From Acidobacteriota bacterium (GTDB taxonomy: Bacteria; Acidobacteriota; Thermoanaerobaculia; Multivoradales; UBA5704), in the NCBI GenBank assembly GCA_040005235.1, contig JBDTZG010000002.1:160001-224000 (forward strand): DNA of 64,000 nucleotides. The letters are read 5' to 3'. Shown piece after piece: positions 1 through 10,400 of the stretch. The translations under genes were made by a program, and so were the position numbers. The notes below the pieces were generated by a model. It searched no databases and was not told the origin of the DNA. It was given only the letters and a program-made list of their open reading frames with translations. Every line of letters starts with the position of its first letter. Position 1 is the stretch's first letter.

Positions 1-25
1 CTAACTCTTCCGTCCGCGCCATGCC

Positions 26-1375
26 CTAAAGCCCCATCTCCCTCTCGACCACGGTCATCGACTCCTCCAACGCCCCCAGGAAAGTGTCCATCTGCTCCCG
101 CGAAATCACCAACGGCGGCTCGACGCGGAGGACCCGGGAGTTGATGTAGGTGCCGGAGATCAGGATCTGGCGGGCGAAGAGGTTCTTGGAGACGGCGTAG
201 CCGATCTCGTCGCTTTGGAACTCCATTCCGAGCATCAGCCCGCGGCCTCGGCCGCAGAGCATGACTTTCGGGTGCTGCCCAGCCAGCTCGTTCATCCGGC
301 CTAGCAGGTAGTCGCCTTTCTCGGCTGCCTGGTCGAGTAGGCCCTCTTCGAGCAGGACGTGGATCGTGGCGATCGCGGCGGCGCAGCAAACCGGGTTTCC
401 TCCGAAGGTGGTGGTGTGGAGGAACGGATTTTCAATGTAGCGCTCCCAGGTCTTCGGGGTGCCGACGCAGGCTCCGATCGGCATCACCCCTCCGCCGAAG
501 CCTTTGCCCAGCGCCAGCAGGTCGGGGGTGATGCCGTCGTGCTCGCAGCAGAACATCTTGCCCGTTCGGCCCATGCCGGACTGGACCTCGTCCAGGATCA
601 GCATCGTGCCGTAGCGGTCGCACAGCTCGCGCGCTCCGGGGAGGAAGCCGGGCGGGGCGACGTTGATCCCCCCTTCGCCCTGGATCGGTTCGATCACCAC
701 GCCCGCGATCCGGTCGCCCGAGAAATCGCACGTCTTCATGAACTGGGCGAGCGCGTCGAGGTCGCCGAACGGCACGTGCGACCAGTGGAGCAGCGGCAGG
801 AACGGCTCGCGGAACACGGCTTTCGAGGTGCCGCCGAGGCTGCCGAGACTCTTGCCGTGGAATCCTCCGACCATGCCGACGAAATGCTTTCGGCCGGTGG
901 TGAGCATCGCCATCTTCAAGCACCCTTCGATCGACTCGGTGCCGGAGTTGGTGAAGAAGGCGTATTGCAGATCGCCCGGCGTGATCTGGGAGACCAGGTG
1001 CGCGAGGTAGGTGCGCAGCGGGTCGATCAGCTCTTGCGAGTGGATCGCCTGGCGATCGAGCTGATCGCGCACGGCCTTCAAGACCTTCGGGTGCCGGTGG
1101 CCGACGACGTAGATGCCGAATCCGCCCAGGCAGTCGATGAACTCCTTGCCGTTGATGTCGCGGAAGACCGCCCCCTCGTCGTCCCATTCGACCGCCGTGT
1201 AATCGGTCGAGACCGACTTCCTGTACTGGAGGAACCCCGGGTTCACGTGGTCGGTCCAGTACTGCACCGATTCGCGGATCACCCGCGCGCGTTCGTCCGC
1301 GTCGAGCGTCTTCTTCGAGATCAGGTCCAGAACGTCGGCGGAGGTGTCGAGTGCGGCTTTGAGGTCTTGCGCCAT
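26..1375 (-). CDS. patA: Putrescine aminotransferase (class III PLP aminotransferase)
   Basis: 449 aa; DCLGGFG, NSGTE, FHGKSLG, EPIQGEGG, DEVQSGMGRTG, PLP lysine in ALGKGFGGG, HTTTFGGNP; N-terminal HVNPGFLQYRKSV typical of PatA/YgjG. Confidence 0.85.
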   Translation of the reverse strand: MAQDLKAALDTSADVLDLISKKTLDADERARVIRESVQYWTDHVNPGFLQYRKSVSTDYTAVEWDDEGAVFRDINGKEFIDCLGGFGIYVVGHRHPKVLKAVRDQLDRQAIHSQELIDPLRTYLAHLVSQITPGDLQYAFFTNSGTESIEGCLKMAMLTTGRKHFVGMVGGFHGKSLGSLGGTSKAVFREPFLPLLHWSHVPFGDLDALAQFMKTCDFSGDRIAGVVIEPIQGEGGINVAPPGFLPGARELCDRYGTMLILDEVQSGMGRTGKMFCCEHDGITPDLLALGKGFGGGVMPIGACVGTPKTWERYIENPFLHTTTFGGNPVCCAAAIATIHVLLEEGLLDQAAEKGDYLLGRMNELAGQHPKVMLCGRGRGLMLGMEFQSDEIGYAVSKNLFARQILISGTYINSRVLRVEPPLVISREQMDTFLGALEESMTVVEREMGL

Positions 1376-1417
1376 TATCGAAAGTCGGGCTCCCTGGGAA
1401 GTTGAGGAGCGGCGACT

Positions 1418-2563
1418 CTACCAGCGATCCCGCGGTGCCTCAGGGGTGCGCTTTTCCAGCTCTAGGGCGCCGCGGCGGTCGGCTGGGCCTGGGCGGTGAA
1501 TGCTCCGGGGCGTCGCGGGGTCAAAGACGGCCTGGCGCCCTGGGCCTTCGGTCTTCGCTTGATACATCGCCGAGTCGGCGTCCCGCAGCAGATCCTCCGG
1601 GCGGTCGTACGCGGGCGACGAGAGCGTGATGCCAATGCTCACGGAGAGTCTCACCTCTTGCCCATCGAGGTCGAAGGGAGCCTCGAAAACATGGTGGATG
1701 CGCAGCGCGAGCTTGCTGGCCTGGCCTTTCTCTTCGAGGTAATCGAGGAGCATGGCGAATTCGTCGCCTCCCATCCGGGCCACCGTATCGACCGGCCGGA
1801 GGCAGCGGTTCAGGCGTTCCGCGATTTTCCGGAGCAGCTCGTCTCCCGCCATGTGCCCCAGGTTGTCGTTGACCCGTTTGAACAGGTCGATGTCGACGAA
1901 CAAGACGGCGAACAGGGCGTCCTCTCGCCGCTGGAACCGCTTCAACGCCATGCCCAAACGGTCGAGGAAGAGGATACGGTTGGGCAGACCGGTGAGCGGA
2001 TCGTGGAGGGTGCTGTGGACCAGTCGATCGCGCGCCCCCGCAGCTTCAATGGCGATCGCGGCGATATCGGCCGCCGTCTCGATCAGGTGGATTTCGGCTT
2101 CGGTGGGAGAGCGGGGTTTGGGGTAATACATCGCCAAGGTCCCCAACACCGCACCGGCCGACGAGACGATCGGTTGCGACCAGCAGGCGCGCAGACCGTG
2201 GGCGGCGGCCAGCTCCCGGTAGTCCGCCCACAACGGGTCCCGTTGGATGTCGGTGACCACCACCCTCGTTCCTCGGAAGGCGGCGGTGCCGCAGGAGCCG
2301 ACGCTCGGTCCGATCCGGACGCCGTCGATGGCGCGACTGAAACTCTGCGGCAGGTGGGGCGCCGCCGCGGTGGCCAGTTGAGCTCCCTCTCGGTCCAGCA
2401 GGAGAATCGAACCGAACATCCCAGTCCCCGGATCCTCGATCGCCAGAGCGAGCTGGTTCAGGGTTTCCGCCAGCGGCGCGCCGCGAGCGATCCGTCGCAG
2501 CACGTCGTTTTGCCGTTCCAGCCGTTCTTTGCTCACCCGCACCTGTTCCAGGCTCTGGCGCAT
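1418..2563 (-). CDS. GAF + GGDEF diguanylate cyclase
   Basis: GAF signature (GPSVGSCGTAAF...ACWSQPI), then HDPLTGLPNR, FKRVNDNLGH and an intact GGDEF motif (RMGGDEF). Confidence 0.9.
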   Translation of the reverse strand: MRQSLEQVRVSKERLERQNDVLRRIARGAPLAETLNQLALAIEDPGTGMFGSILLLDREGAQLATAAAPHLPQSFSRAIDGVRIGPSVGSCGTAAFRGTRVVVTDIQRDPLWADYRELAAAHGLRACWSQPIVSSAGAVLGTLAMYYPKPRSPTEAEIHLIETAADIAAIAIEAAGARDRLVHSTLHDPLTGLPNRILFLDRLGMALKRFQRREDALFAVLFVDIDLFKRVNDNLGHMAGDELLRKIAERLNRCLRPVDTVARMGGDEFAMLLDYLEEKGQASKLALRIHHVFEAPFDLDGQEVRLSVSIGITLSSPAYDRPEDLLRDADSAMYQAKTEGPGRQAVFDPATPRSIHRPGPADRRGALELEKRTPEAPRDRW

Positions 2564-2611
2564 GAGCCCTATATTAACGCATAGCCACCTTTATTCGGAA
2601 ATACCTAAAAC

Positions 2612-2646
2612 AAAAGCCCGGCGGACGTGAAGCCGCCGGGCCTTTG
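2612..2646 (-). terminator. Rho-independent terminator after the outer-membrane protein gene
   Basis: Stem gcccggcgg/ccgccgggc with an 8-nt loop, followed on the minus strand by TTTTGTTTT. Confidence 0.75.
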
Positions 2647-2674
2647 GGCTGGAGCTCGAAGCGTTCGAGAATCC

Positions 2675-4810
2675 CTAGAACTGGACCTTCATGAACGCCT
2701 TGACCCGCTGCTGCGAGAAGTCGCGCTTTTCGAGGCTGTTCCAGCCGCCGGAACGGCCGGCGAAGCCGAGCGAACCGACCGGCACGTTGTGATCCTTGGA
2801 GATCTGCTCGGTCGCGACCTGCGGGACGAAACCGCCGCCGAAGTCCGGATCGAACGTGCCCTGGTTGTACTGGTATTCGAAACCGATCTCGGCGCCGGCC
2901 AGGATGTAGCGCGCCTTGAGCGAGATCTTGTTCTGGGTGTGATCGCCCGAGGCCAGCTCGTGCAGCTGATAAGCCTGGAACGCCGTGTTGCCGTCTTCGA
3001 GCGTCGTGTCGTAACGCTCCAGGGTGAGTGAGGCGTACAGGTCGTCGGTCAGCTGGTAGCCGGCTCCTATCTGGAGCAGCTTGTAGGAGAGGTCGCGGTC
3101 GTCGTCAGACAGGCTGTCGAACGGCTTCCACTGGTAGCCGATGACGCCGTTGACCGTGATCACCGGCGGGTTGCCATAGATGTCGGCCGTCGAGTTGCCC
3201 GCCGAGTAGAACCGCTTGTTGTCGGCGCACGCCTGGCCGCCGCCCGGGCAGGAACCCGCCTGGTAGGGGAGGAAGCGCGCGTCGTTCAGGCGCTTGTCGG
3301 TCTCGTCGATGAGCTTGATTTTGCCGAAGACATCGACGCCCTTGCCGATGTCCCACAGGTACTTGGCGCGGATCACGCCGATCTGGGTCTTCTTGTCCTG
3401 GAAGGGTGAGTAAGCGCTGCGGAAATTGTGGCCGACTCCCGTGTCCAGCTCGTTGACCGGATAGGCCGTCGACGTGACGTTGCGGCTCGCATCGCCGAAC
3501 GCCTGCCAGTTGGTGCTGTAGTCGATCACCGTGATCTCGGCCGCCAGATCGAGCCCGCCAAGGCTCCAGGTCGGAGCGACCGTGATGCCCTTCCAGCCGA
3601 TCACCGTCTCGGCCGCCGGCTCGTCGAAATCGGTGAGCTGGTTGTCGACGTTGATCGTCGCCACCTGCTGCATGTTGCCGCTCCAGCCGCCGAGGCCGAT
3701 CCGCGTCGGGGCGCTCGGAAACACGCCGAACGCGGAATTGTCCGGTCCGGGGAACGCATACGTCGCGTCGTGACCTTCGGTGAGCAGAACGTCGGACTCG
3801 CGGCGCGCGGCCATCAGCGCCACGTATTCGGCGCCGATGTCGAATGCCTGGATGTTGACCGAGAGGCCGTTTTCGAACGGATCGTTGAAGTCGACGCCGA
3901 ACTTCCACGATTTGTCTTCATGCCTGCCGACGGGGACCGCCGAAAAGCCCGCGAGGCCGAAGGAGCGGGCCGGGACGAGATCTTCGCCCGAGTCGGCGCG
4001 GGACCCATACATCGAGCCCGCAATGTCCAACTTCGAGCTCGGGTGGAAGCCGAACCTGCCGCCGATCACGGTATCGCGGAACCGGGTGCGGAGGTCCCGT
4101 CCTTCGTCGAAGTTGCGGTCGGTCGCTTCGACCTCCAGATTGTTGACATGGCTCGCGATCAAGCCGAAATCGAACTTCGAGCTGGGCGCGAGCTTTGCCT
4201 GGAAGCCGTAGACCGCGTCCGCGGCGTAGAGCTTGCCCGTGGTGAAATTCGATCCGGAAAAACGGCGAGGCAGCGAGATGCGGGCCGCGTCCCAGGTAAA
4301 TCTTCGGTCGGCGGCCGAGCCCTGCAACAGCAATCCCGAGGCGCTGTCGCGATCGATATAGCGGAAACGGCCGATCACGAACGGATCGAACTGCCCGAAG
4401 TCGTTCGAGCCGAGCGTCGCCGAGTCGATCCGCCGAACCGCAGGCGTGAGTGTGAGCGATAGGCCGCGCAGCCTGACGGATGAGTCGAAGCGCGAATCGC
4501 AGCCGGCGCCGGCGCAGCTTCGGGCCGGCGGATCGTCGAGCGTCGGACCGTGCTCGCCAAAGCCGCCGGAGTGGGTCCAGTAGTTCTGGGCGAAGCGGCC
4601 TTCCAGACGCCCCTTGACCTCGACCTTCTTGGACAGGCGGGCGGAGAGCAGCAGCTCGATCTCCGTGCCCTGGCCTTTGTCGCCGTTCTCGGCCCAGAGT
4701 CCCTTGGTGTAGATCGTGCCGCCGATCGTCGGTCCGTTCAGCTGGGCCGACGCAGTGTCGGCGGCCATCGCGAGTGCGAACAGCACCCCTCCGTGCGCAA
4801 AGCGATTCAT
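2675..4810 (-). CDS. Hypothetical outer-membrane (beta-barrel/porin-like) protein
   Basis: 711 aa; signal peptide ending ASA-Q; alternating amphipathic beta-strand pattern; C-terminal Phe (AFMKVQF); 10 nt downstream of the sugar ABC ATPase. Confidence 0.6.
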   Translation of the reverse strand: MNRFAHGGVLFALAMAADTASAQLNGPTIGGTIYTKGLWAENGDKGQGTEIELLLSARLSKKVEVKGRLEGRFAQNYWTHSGGFGEHGPTLDDPPARSCAGAGCDSRFDSSVRLRGLSLTLTPAVRRIDSATLGSNDFGQFDPFVIGRFRYIDRDSASGLLLQGSAADRRFTWDAARISLPRRFSGSNFTTGKLYAADAVYGFQAKLAPSSKFDFGLIASHVNNLEVEATDRNFDEGRDLRTRFRDTVIGGRFGFHPSSKLDIAGSMYGSRADSGEDLVPARSFGLAGFSAVPVGRHEDKSWKFGVDFNDPFENGLSVNIQAFDIGAEYVALMAARRESDVLLTEGHDATYAFPGPDNSAFGVFPSAPTRIGLGGWSGNMQQVATINVDNQLTDFDEPAAETVIGWKGITVAPTWSLGGLDLAAEITVIDYSTNWQAFGDASRNVTSTAYPVNELDTGVGHNFRSAYSPFQDKKTQIGVIRAKYLWDIGKGVDVFGKIKLIDETDKRLNDARFLPYQAGSCPGGGQACADNKRFYSAGNSTADIYGNPPVITVNGVIGYQWKPFDSLSDDDRDLSYKLLQIGAGYQLTDDLYASLTLERYDTTLEDGNTAFQAYQLHELASGDHTQNKISLKARYILAGAEIGFEYQYNQGTFDPDFGGGFVPQVATEQISKDHNVPVGSLGFAGRSGGWNSLEKRDFSQQRVKAFMKVQF

Positions 4811-4820
4811 GCGCTCGCGG

Positions 4821-5939
4821 TCAGGCGGTCCGGAGCCGTGTCTCGGTCTGTGCGTCGAAGACGTGAAGGCCCGCCAGGTAGATTTCGAGGTCGAGCGTGT
4901 CGCCTACCTGAGGCGCGTGGTGCGGCTCGGTCTTGGCGACTAGCAGGTCGTCGCCGATCCGACCGTGGATGATCACCTCGTGGCCGAGCGGCTCGACGAA
5001 CTCGATCACAGCCCGGATCGCCACCACCGGACCCTGCTGTCGCCGGCCGCTCTGCCCCTGATCACCGCCCGCTTCTCGGATGTTTTCGGGCCGGATGCCG
5101 AGCACCACTTTGCTCCCATCTTTGCGGGATGCGGCGCCGCGTGGCGCTTCCGGCACCGGCAGCTCGAAGCCCGAGGTCTTGAGCGTCGCGCCGTTGTCGA
5201 AGATCGTGCCCGAGAGGAAGTTCATCGGCGGCGTGCCGATGAAGCTCGCGACAAACAGGTTGGTCGGCTGCTCGTAGACCTCCAGCGGCGTCCCCACCTG
5301 CTGCAACTTGCCATCCTTCATGATGGCGATCCGATGGCCCATGGTCATCGCTTCGACTTGATCGTGGGTGACGTAGACCGTAGTGGTCTGGAGATTCCTC
5401 TGGAGCTTCGAGATCTCGGCGCGCATCTGGACCCGGAGCTTGGCGTCGAGGTTCGACAGCGGCTCGTCGAACAGGAAGACCGAGGGCTTGCGGACGATCG
5501 CCCGGCCGAGCGCCACGCGCTGGCGCTGGCCGCCGGAGAGTTGCTTCGGCTTCCGGTCGAGCAACTGGGTGATGCCGAGGGTGTTGGCCGCCTCGGAGAC
5601 CAGTTTGTCCATTTCCGGCTTCGGCGTCTTGCGGATCTTGAGCCCGAACTCCAGGTTCTCCTTGACCGTCATGTGAGGGTAGAGCGCGTAGCTCTGGAAG
5701 ACCATCGCGATGTCGCGATCTTTGGGCGGCAGCTCGTTGACCCGCCGGTCGCCGATCCGGATTTCGCCGTCGGTGACCTCTTCGAGACCCGCGATCATGC
5801 GCAGAGCCGTCGACTTTCCACAGCCCGAAGGGCCGACCAGCACCATGAATTCCTTGTCGTGGATGTCGAGGTCGAAGCTCTCGATCACCGTCACCGGTCC
5901 ATACGCCTTCTTGACTTTGTCGAAGACGACTTCCGCCAT
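4821..5939 (-). CDS. ugpC: Carbohydrate ABC transporter ATP-binding protein (MalK/UgpC/MsmX family)
   Basis: Walker A GPSGCGKS, signature LSGGQRQR, Walker B FLFDEPLSNLD, YVTHDQ, FVASFIGTPPMN, C-terminal TOBE region; exact subfamily uncertain. Confidence 0.85.
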   Translation of the reverse strand: MAEVVFDKVKKAYGPVTVIESFDLDIHDKEFMVLVGPSGCGKSTALRMIAGLEEVTDGEIRIGDRRVNELPPKDRDIAMVFQSYALYPHMTVKENLEFGLKIRKTPKPEMDKLVSEAANTLGITQLLDRKPKQLSGGQRQRVALGRAIVRKPSVFLFDEPLSNLDAKLRVQMRAEISKLQRNLQTTTVYVTHDQVEAMTMGHRIAIMKDGKLQQVGTPLEVYEQPTNLFVASFIGTPPMNFLSGTIFDNGATLKTSGFELPVPEAPRGAASRKDGSKVVLGIRPENIREAGGDQGQSGRRQQGPVVAIRAVIEFVEPLGHEVIIHGRIGDDLLVAKTEPHHAPQVGDTLDLEIYLAGLHVFDAQTETRLRTA

Positions 5940-6045
5940 GTTCCGCTAACCTCCGGTGGGCAAGAGGGTGAGAATCCGAGCCTTCCTTGTAGCAGATTCG
6001 GCGAACGAGGAACCACCCGCGCGGTCGGGGCATTTCCAGGTCGGG

Positions 6046-7440
6046 CTATTCGCTTGGGGTGATGGCCGAGATCTCAGCCGCGATCCGGCCGGCGTTCCTG
6101 ATGCAATCGGGAACCGAGACGCCGCCCAGGAAGTTGCCGGCCAGCCGCAGGCCAGGCAGCTCGCGCTCGATCTCCTCGGCCAAAGCGACGAACCGGCCGT
6201 GGCCCACTTCGTACTGCGGGATCGCCCGTGGCCAACGCCGAACGATCGCCAACTTGGGCCGACTGTATAATCCGAGCGCTCTCCCCAGGTCTTTCTGAAC
6301 CAGGCCGAGCAGGCGGTCGTCGCTCCAGATCGCGGGGTCGACGATCTCCGGGTCGGTCCGGCCCCCCAGGAACGCGGAGAGGGCGACGTGTCCCGCGGGA
6401 GCGCGGTCGGGGAAGATCGTCGAGGGGAACAGGCAGCCGAGCAGCCGCAGGCTCTCTCGCCGGGGGGCGAGGAAGCCGAAGCCGTCGAGCGGATGAACGA
6501 TCTGCTCGCGGGCCACCCCCAAGGCGACGACCGCGACAGGGGCGTAGGGGATTTCGGTGAATGTCCGGCTCTTGCCCTCGGTCGCTTCCTCCAGCAGCCG
6601 CGCCGCCACGTCGGCGGGGACCGCGAGCACTACCCGTCGGGCGCCAATCGGCCCATCGCTCGTCTCGACCCGGAAGCCCTCCCCGCTACGAACCACCGAC
6701 ATTGCGGAAACGTCCGTCCGCAAGTCGCCGATCTCCTGGGCCAAGCGCCGCGGCAGGGTCTCCAAACCGTCCCGGAAGGAGAACATCGCCCCGCCGGGCG
6801 ACGGGCCTTTCCGTTGGGCGAGAGCGCCGCGGATCAGGCTGCCGTGCTCAGTCTCGAGAGCGAAGATCTTCGGCACCGCCCAGCGCACCGCGAGCCGCTC
6901 GGGATCTCCGGCATAGATGCCCGAGACGAACGGCCCCACGGCATAATCGAGCAGCTCGTCCCCCAGCCGGCGGCGGACGAAAGCGGCGACCGTCTCGTCG
7001 GGCGCGGCCGCGATCTCAGCTGCCGAACGGCGGCGAATCCAGGGCTCGCGGAGCAGTCGGAGCTTCCCGCCGAGCGAAAACAGACGGGTGAGCAGGAGCC
7101 CCGGCGGACCGCCCGGGAGCGGTTCCAGGTGATCGCCCTTCCATAAATAGCGGCGTTTGGCGGCGGGGGAGGCGACGATTTTCTCGCGATTCGCCTCGTC
7201 ATCGAGGCCGGCGTCGCGAAGCAGCTTGGAGACCGCGGGGTGATTATCGAGCACCGTGTTCGGTCCCAGCTCGAAGCGGAAACCGGCCTCGGAATGGGTT
7301 TCGATCGCGCCGCCGACGCGCCCGCTCGCCTCGATCACCTCGACGGAAAGGCCGGCCCGTCTCAGGCGGAACGCCGCGGTCAGGCCGGAGATACCGGCGC
7401 CAATGACCAAGACGTCCAACGCTTCGGCCGATTCGGGCAT
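6046..7440 (-). CDS. hemY: Protoporphyrinogen/coproporphyrinogen oxidase, HemY type
   Basis: FAD motif IGAGISGL, ELGPNT, GIYAGDP, GFGFLAP, RWPRAIPQY, LAGNFLGGVSVPDCI. Confidence 0.9.
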   Translation of the reverse strand: MPESAEALDVLVIGAGISGLTAAFRLRRAGLSVEVIEASGRVGGAIETHSEAGFRFELGPNTVLDNHPAVSKLLRDAGLDDEANREKIVASPAAKRRYLWKGDHLEPLPGGPPGLLLTRLFSLGGKLRLLREPWIRRRSAAEIAAAPDETVAAFVRRRLGDELLDYAVGPFVSGIYAGDPERLAVRWAVPKIFALETEHGSLIRGALAQRKGPSPGGAMFSFRDGLETLPRRLAQEIGDLRTDVSAMSVVRSGEGFRVETSDGPIGARRVVLAVPADVAARLLEEATEGKSRTFTEIPYAPVAVVALGVAREQIVHPLDGFGFLAPRRESLRLLGCLFPSTIFPDRAPAGHVALSAFLGGRTDPEIVDPAIWSDDRLLGLVQKDLGRALGLYSRPKLAIVRRWPRAIPQYEVGHGRFVALAEEIERELPGLRLAGNFLGGVSVPDCIRNAGRIAAEISAITPSE

Positions 7441-7452
7441 CGCGGAGGCCGG

Positions 7453-10400
7453 TCAGGTCCCGGTTGGCGGTCCGTCGATCACCTGGCGGACGGCGCGAGC
7501 GAGAACTCCGGCGGAGAAAGGTTTCTGCAGGCAGAGCGGCCCCTCTCTTCGGGCCGACACGGTGCCGCTACGGTAGCCCGACATGTAGAGGACCCGCAAC
7601 TCCGGTCGGTCCGCCAAAAGGAGGGCCGCGATCTCGATTCCCTTAAGGCCGGGCATGGTCAGATCGGTCAGCAGCAGGTCGATCGGCTCGGTCGAGCCGG
7701 CCGCGATCTCGATGGCCTCCGCCCCCGAGGCCGCGACGAGCACGCGATAGCCGCGGCCTTCGAGGATTCGGCGCAGGACATCGCGGACCTTGTCTTCGTC
7801 TTCGACCAGCAGGATCGTCTCGTCGCCGGGTTCCAAGGGCTCTTCCGGAGCCACCGCCGGCTCGATCTCGGGATCGAGATGGGCGGGAAGATAGAGGCTG
7901 AACCGGGCGCCTTCTCCCGGGGCGCTGTCGACGAAAATGAAGCCGCCGCTCTGCTGGACGAAACCATAGCTGGTCGCCAGCCCCAAGCCGGTCCCCTCTC
8001 CGACCTCGCGCGTGCTGAAGAACGGCTCGAAGATTCTTCCTTGCGTTTCGGCATCCATGCCGATTCCGGTATCGGAAATGGCGACCAGCGCCCAGACGCC
8101 CGGCGGAACGTCGTGCTCGGCAGGCGCTTCGTGGGCGACGGTCACCGGTTCGGTCCGCAGGGTGAGCACGCCGCCTTCGGGCATGGCGTGGCGGGCGTTG
8201 ACCGCGAGGTTCACCAGAACGTGTTCCAAGCGGTTCGGATCGAGACGGACCGCGGGCAGATCGGGGTGGAGAGAGGTGCGGACCTCCACGTCGTTGCCCA
8301 GCAGCCGATGGACCATGCGCAGGAGGCCGGTGATCGATTCGTTCAGATCGACCACCCGCTGTTCCACCGCTTGGCGCCGGGCAAATGCCAAAAGCTGGCG
8401 GGTGAGCGCGGCGGCCTTTTCGCTCGCCTCGCGCAGCCCGACCAAGTTTTGTTGCAGGAAGTCGTCGTCCCGGTAGATCTCCGTCAGGATGTCGGTGTAG
8501 CCAAAGATCGCGAGCAGGCAGTTGTTGAAGTCGTGGGCGACGCCGGCCGAAAGCCGGCCGATCGCCTCCATCTTCTCCGCGAGCAGGAGCTGGCGTTGAA
8601 GGCGGTCCTTCTCCTCCTCGTCGCGCTTGCGCCGGTCGATGTCGCGAATCGCGACCACGGTAGCGGCTTCCCCCTGGAAAAGGATCCGTTTGCCCGCGAT
8701 TTCGAGATTCACCGCCGAGCCGTCCCGGCGGCGGCCGATCGTTTCGCGCGGCTCGCTCGACAGCGGAGTCTCGGTCAAATCGCCGAGCTCGATCAGCTCG
8801 GCGAGTGCCTGTCCCTGCAGCTCGAGGGCGGGAACGCCGAAGATCGCGGTCATCGCGCCGTTGACCGCCAAGACGGTTCCATCGCGAACGATCGCGATCC
8901 CTTCGAGGGTCGCTTCGAACAGCGCGCGGAAGCGCTGCTCGCTCTGCCGGATTTCCTGTTCGATCGCGCGCCGCTGCTCGATTTCGAGTTGAGCCCGCTC
9001 GTACAGGCGAATGTTTTCGAGCATCGGCGCGACCTGATTCGCGACCGTCGACAAAAGCTGAATGTCGCTTGCGGGATAGAAGTCGTCAGGATCGCGCCGA
9101 CCCATCAGCCAGACGCCGAGGGTCTGCTCCTTGACTTCGAGCGGAAGAGCCAACCGTACCCAGGAGCGGGTTCGCCCGTCCTGTGCCGACGAGGGCCGTA
9201 GATAACGTCGTCCGCGGGCGAGCCAGGCGCCGATCTCCAGCCGGTCGGGTGTCGGTTCGCCGCTTGGGAGGCCCTGAGAATAGAGCGCTTCCACCCCTTC
9301 TTCGGCGAACAGGTAGAGCGCCGATTGGCGAACCAACAAGGTGGGCAAGATCTCCTCGACCAGCGTCGTTCCGAGCACCGATCGATCGAACGCCCGCGGA
9401 ATCTTCTCGGCGACCAGGCCGACCACCTCTTCGTGATTATGCCGAATGCCGAAGACGTGGCGGTCGACCAGAGTCTGGAAACGGTCGTGCAGACTGGGAG
9501 CGAAAACCACTAAGACGAGTGCGGTCGCAAGAAGGGTGGCAAGGGTGCGCGGTTGGCCGGCGAGGCTGCGCGAACCGGCCATCAGCAGGAGACTGACGGC
9601 CAGGGTGAGGTACAGAGCCCAAAAGCTGTAGGCGCCGATCAGCCGATTGGCGCGGAACTCCATCGCTCCCAGGGTATGTTTGTAAATCGCATAGATATAG
9701 CTCGCCGACGGAATCGGTGCCGCGACCAAAGAGATCGTGATCGCCCAGGGTAGCGAGTGGCTGATGTCGGAGGCGGACATGCCCAGCCGGCTGCTGAAGA
9801 GGGGCAGCAGGGCGAAGAACCCGGCGATCGGCGCAAAACCCAGAGTCACGCCGAACAACATGATGCGGGTTGCCTGGCGCACCGCGGGCGGCCCGGGGAG
9901 AAAAAGGCGGGCGACGAGAAAAGCGAACGAAAGGACCAGGCCGCCGAGAAAGGAGAGCCGGAAGAAAACCGGAAAATCCTCGAGAAGGTGGGCGGTGTCG
10001 AGTCCGGCCAAGACCAGGGAAATGGCGTACAGCGGAGCGAGCACCCAGCCTCCCCGTCGACCGAACAGCGGGCTGGGCAGGAGGGTATGAAGGTGGGCGG
10101 CCAGAGGCAGGAAGAGCCAAACCACGAAATGGAACACGACCGAGGAGCCTGCGGTGTGGCGTGCCGAGGCGATTCCCGAGGAGAGCAAGATCGCGGTCAC
10201 ATAGGCGAACAAGACGAGCGCCAGCCATCGCTCGTCTCGAGGACGCAGAAAAAGGACGACAGCGGTACCGAAGAGCCAGAAAATCTGCGGCAGAAGGGAG
10301 AGAAGCGCGGACTCCTCGAGGAGCGCCTGGGGGCCGTCCTTCCAGTGGGAAGGGATCTTGAACGTCTCGCCGTGACGTAAGACCGTGAGCGTCGTGGCGC

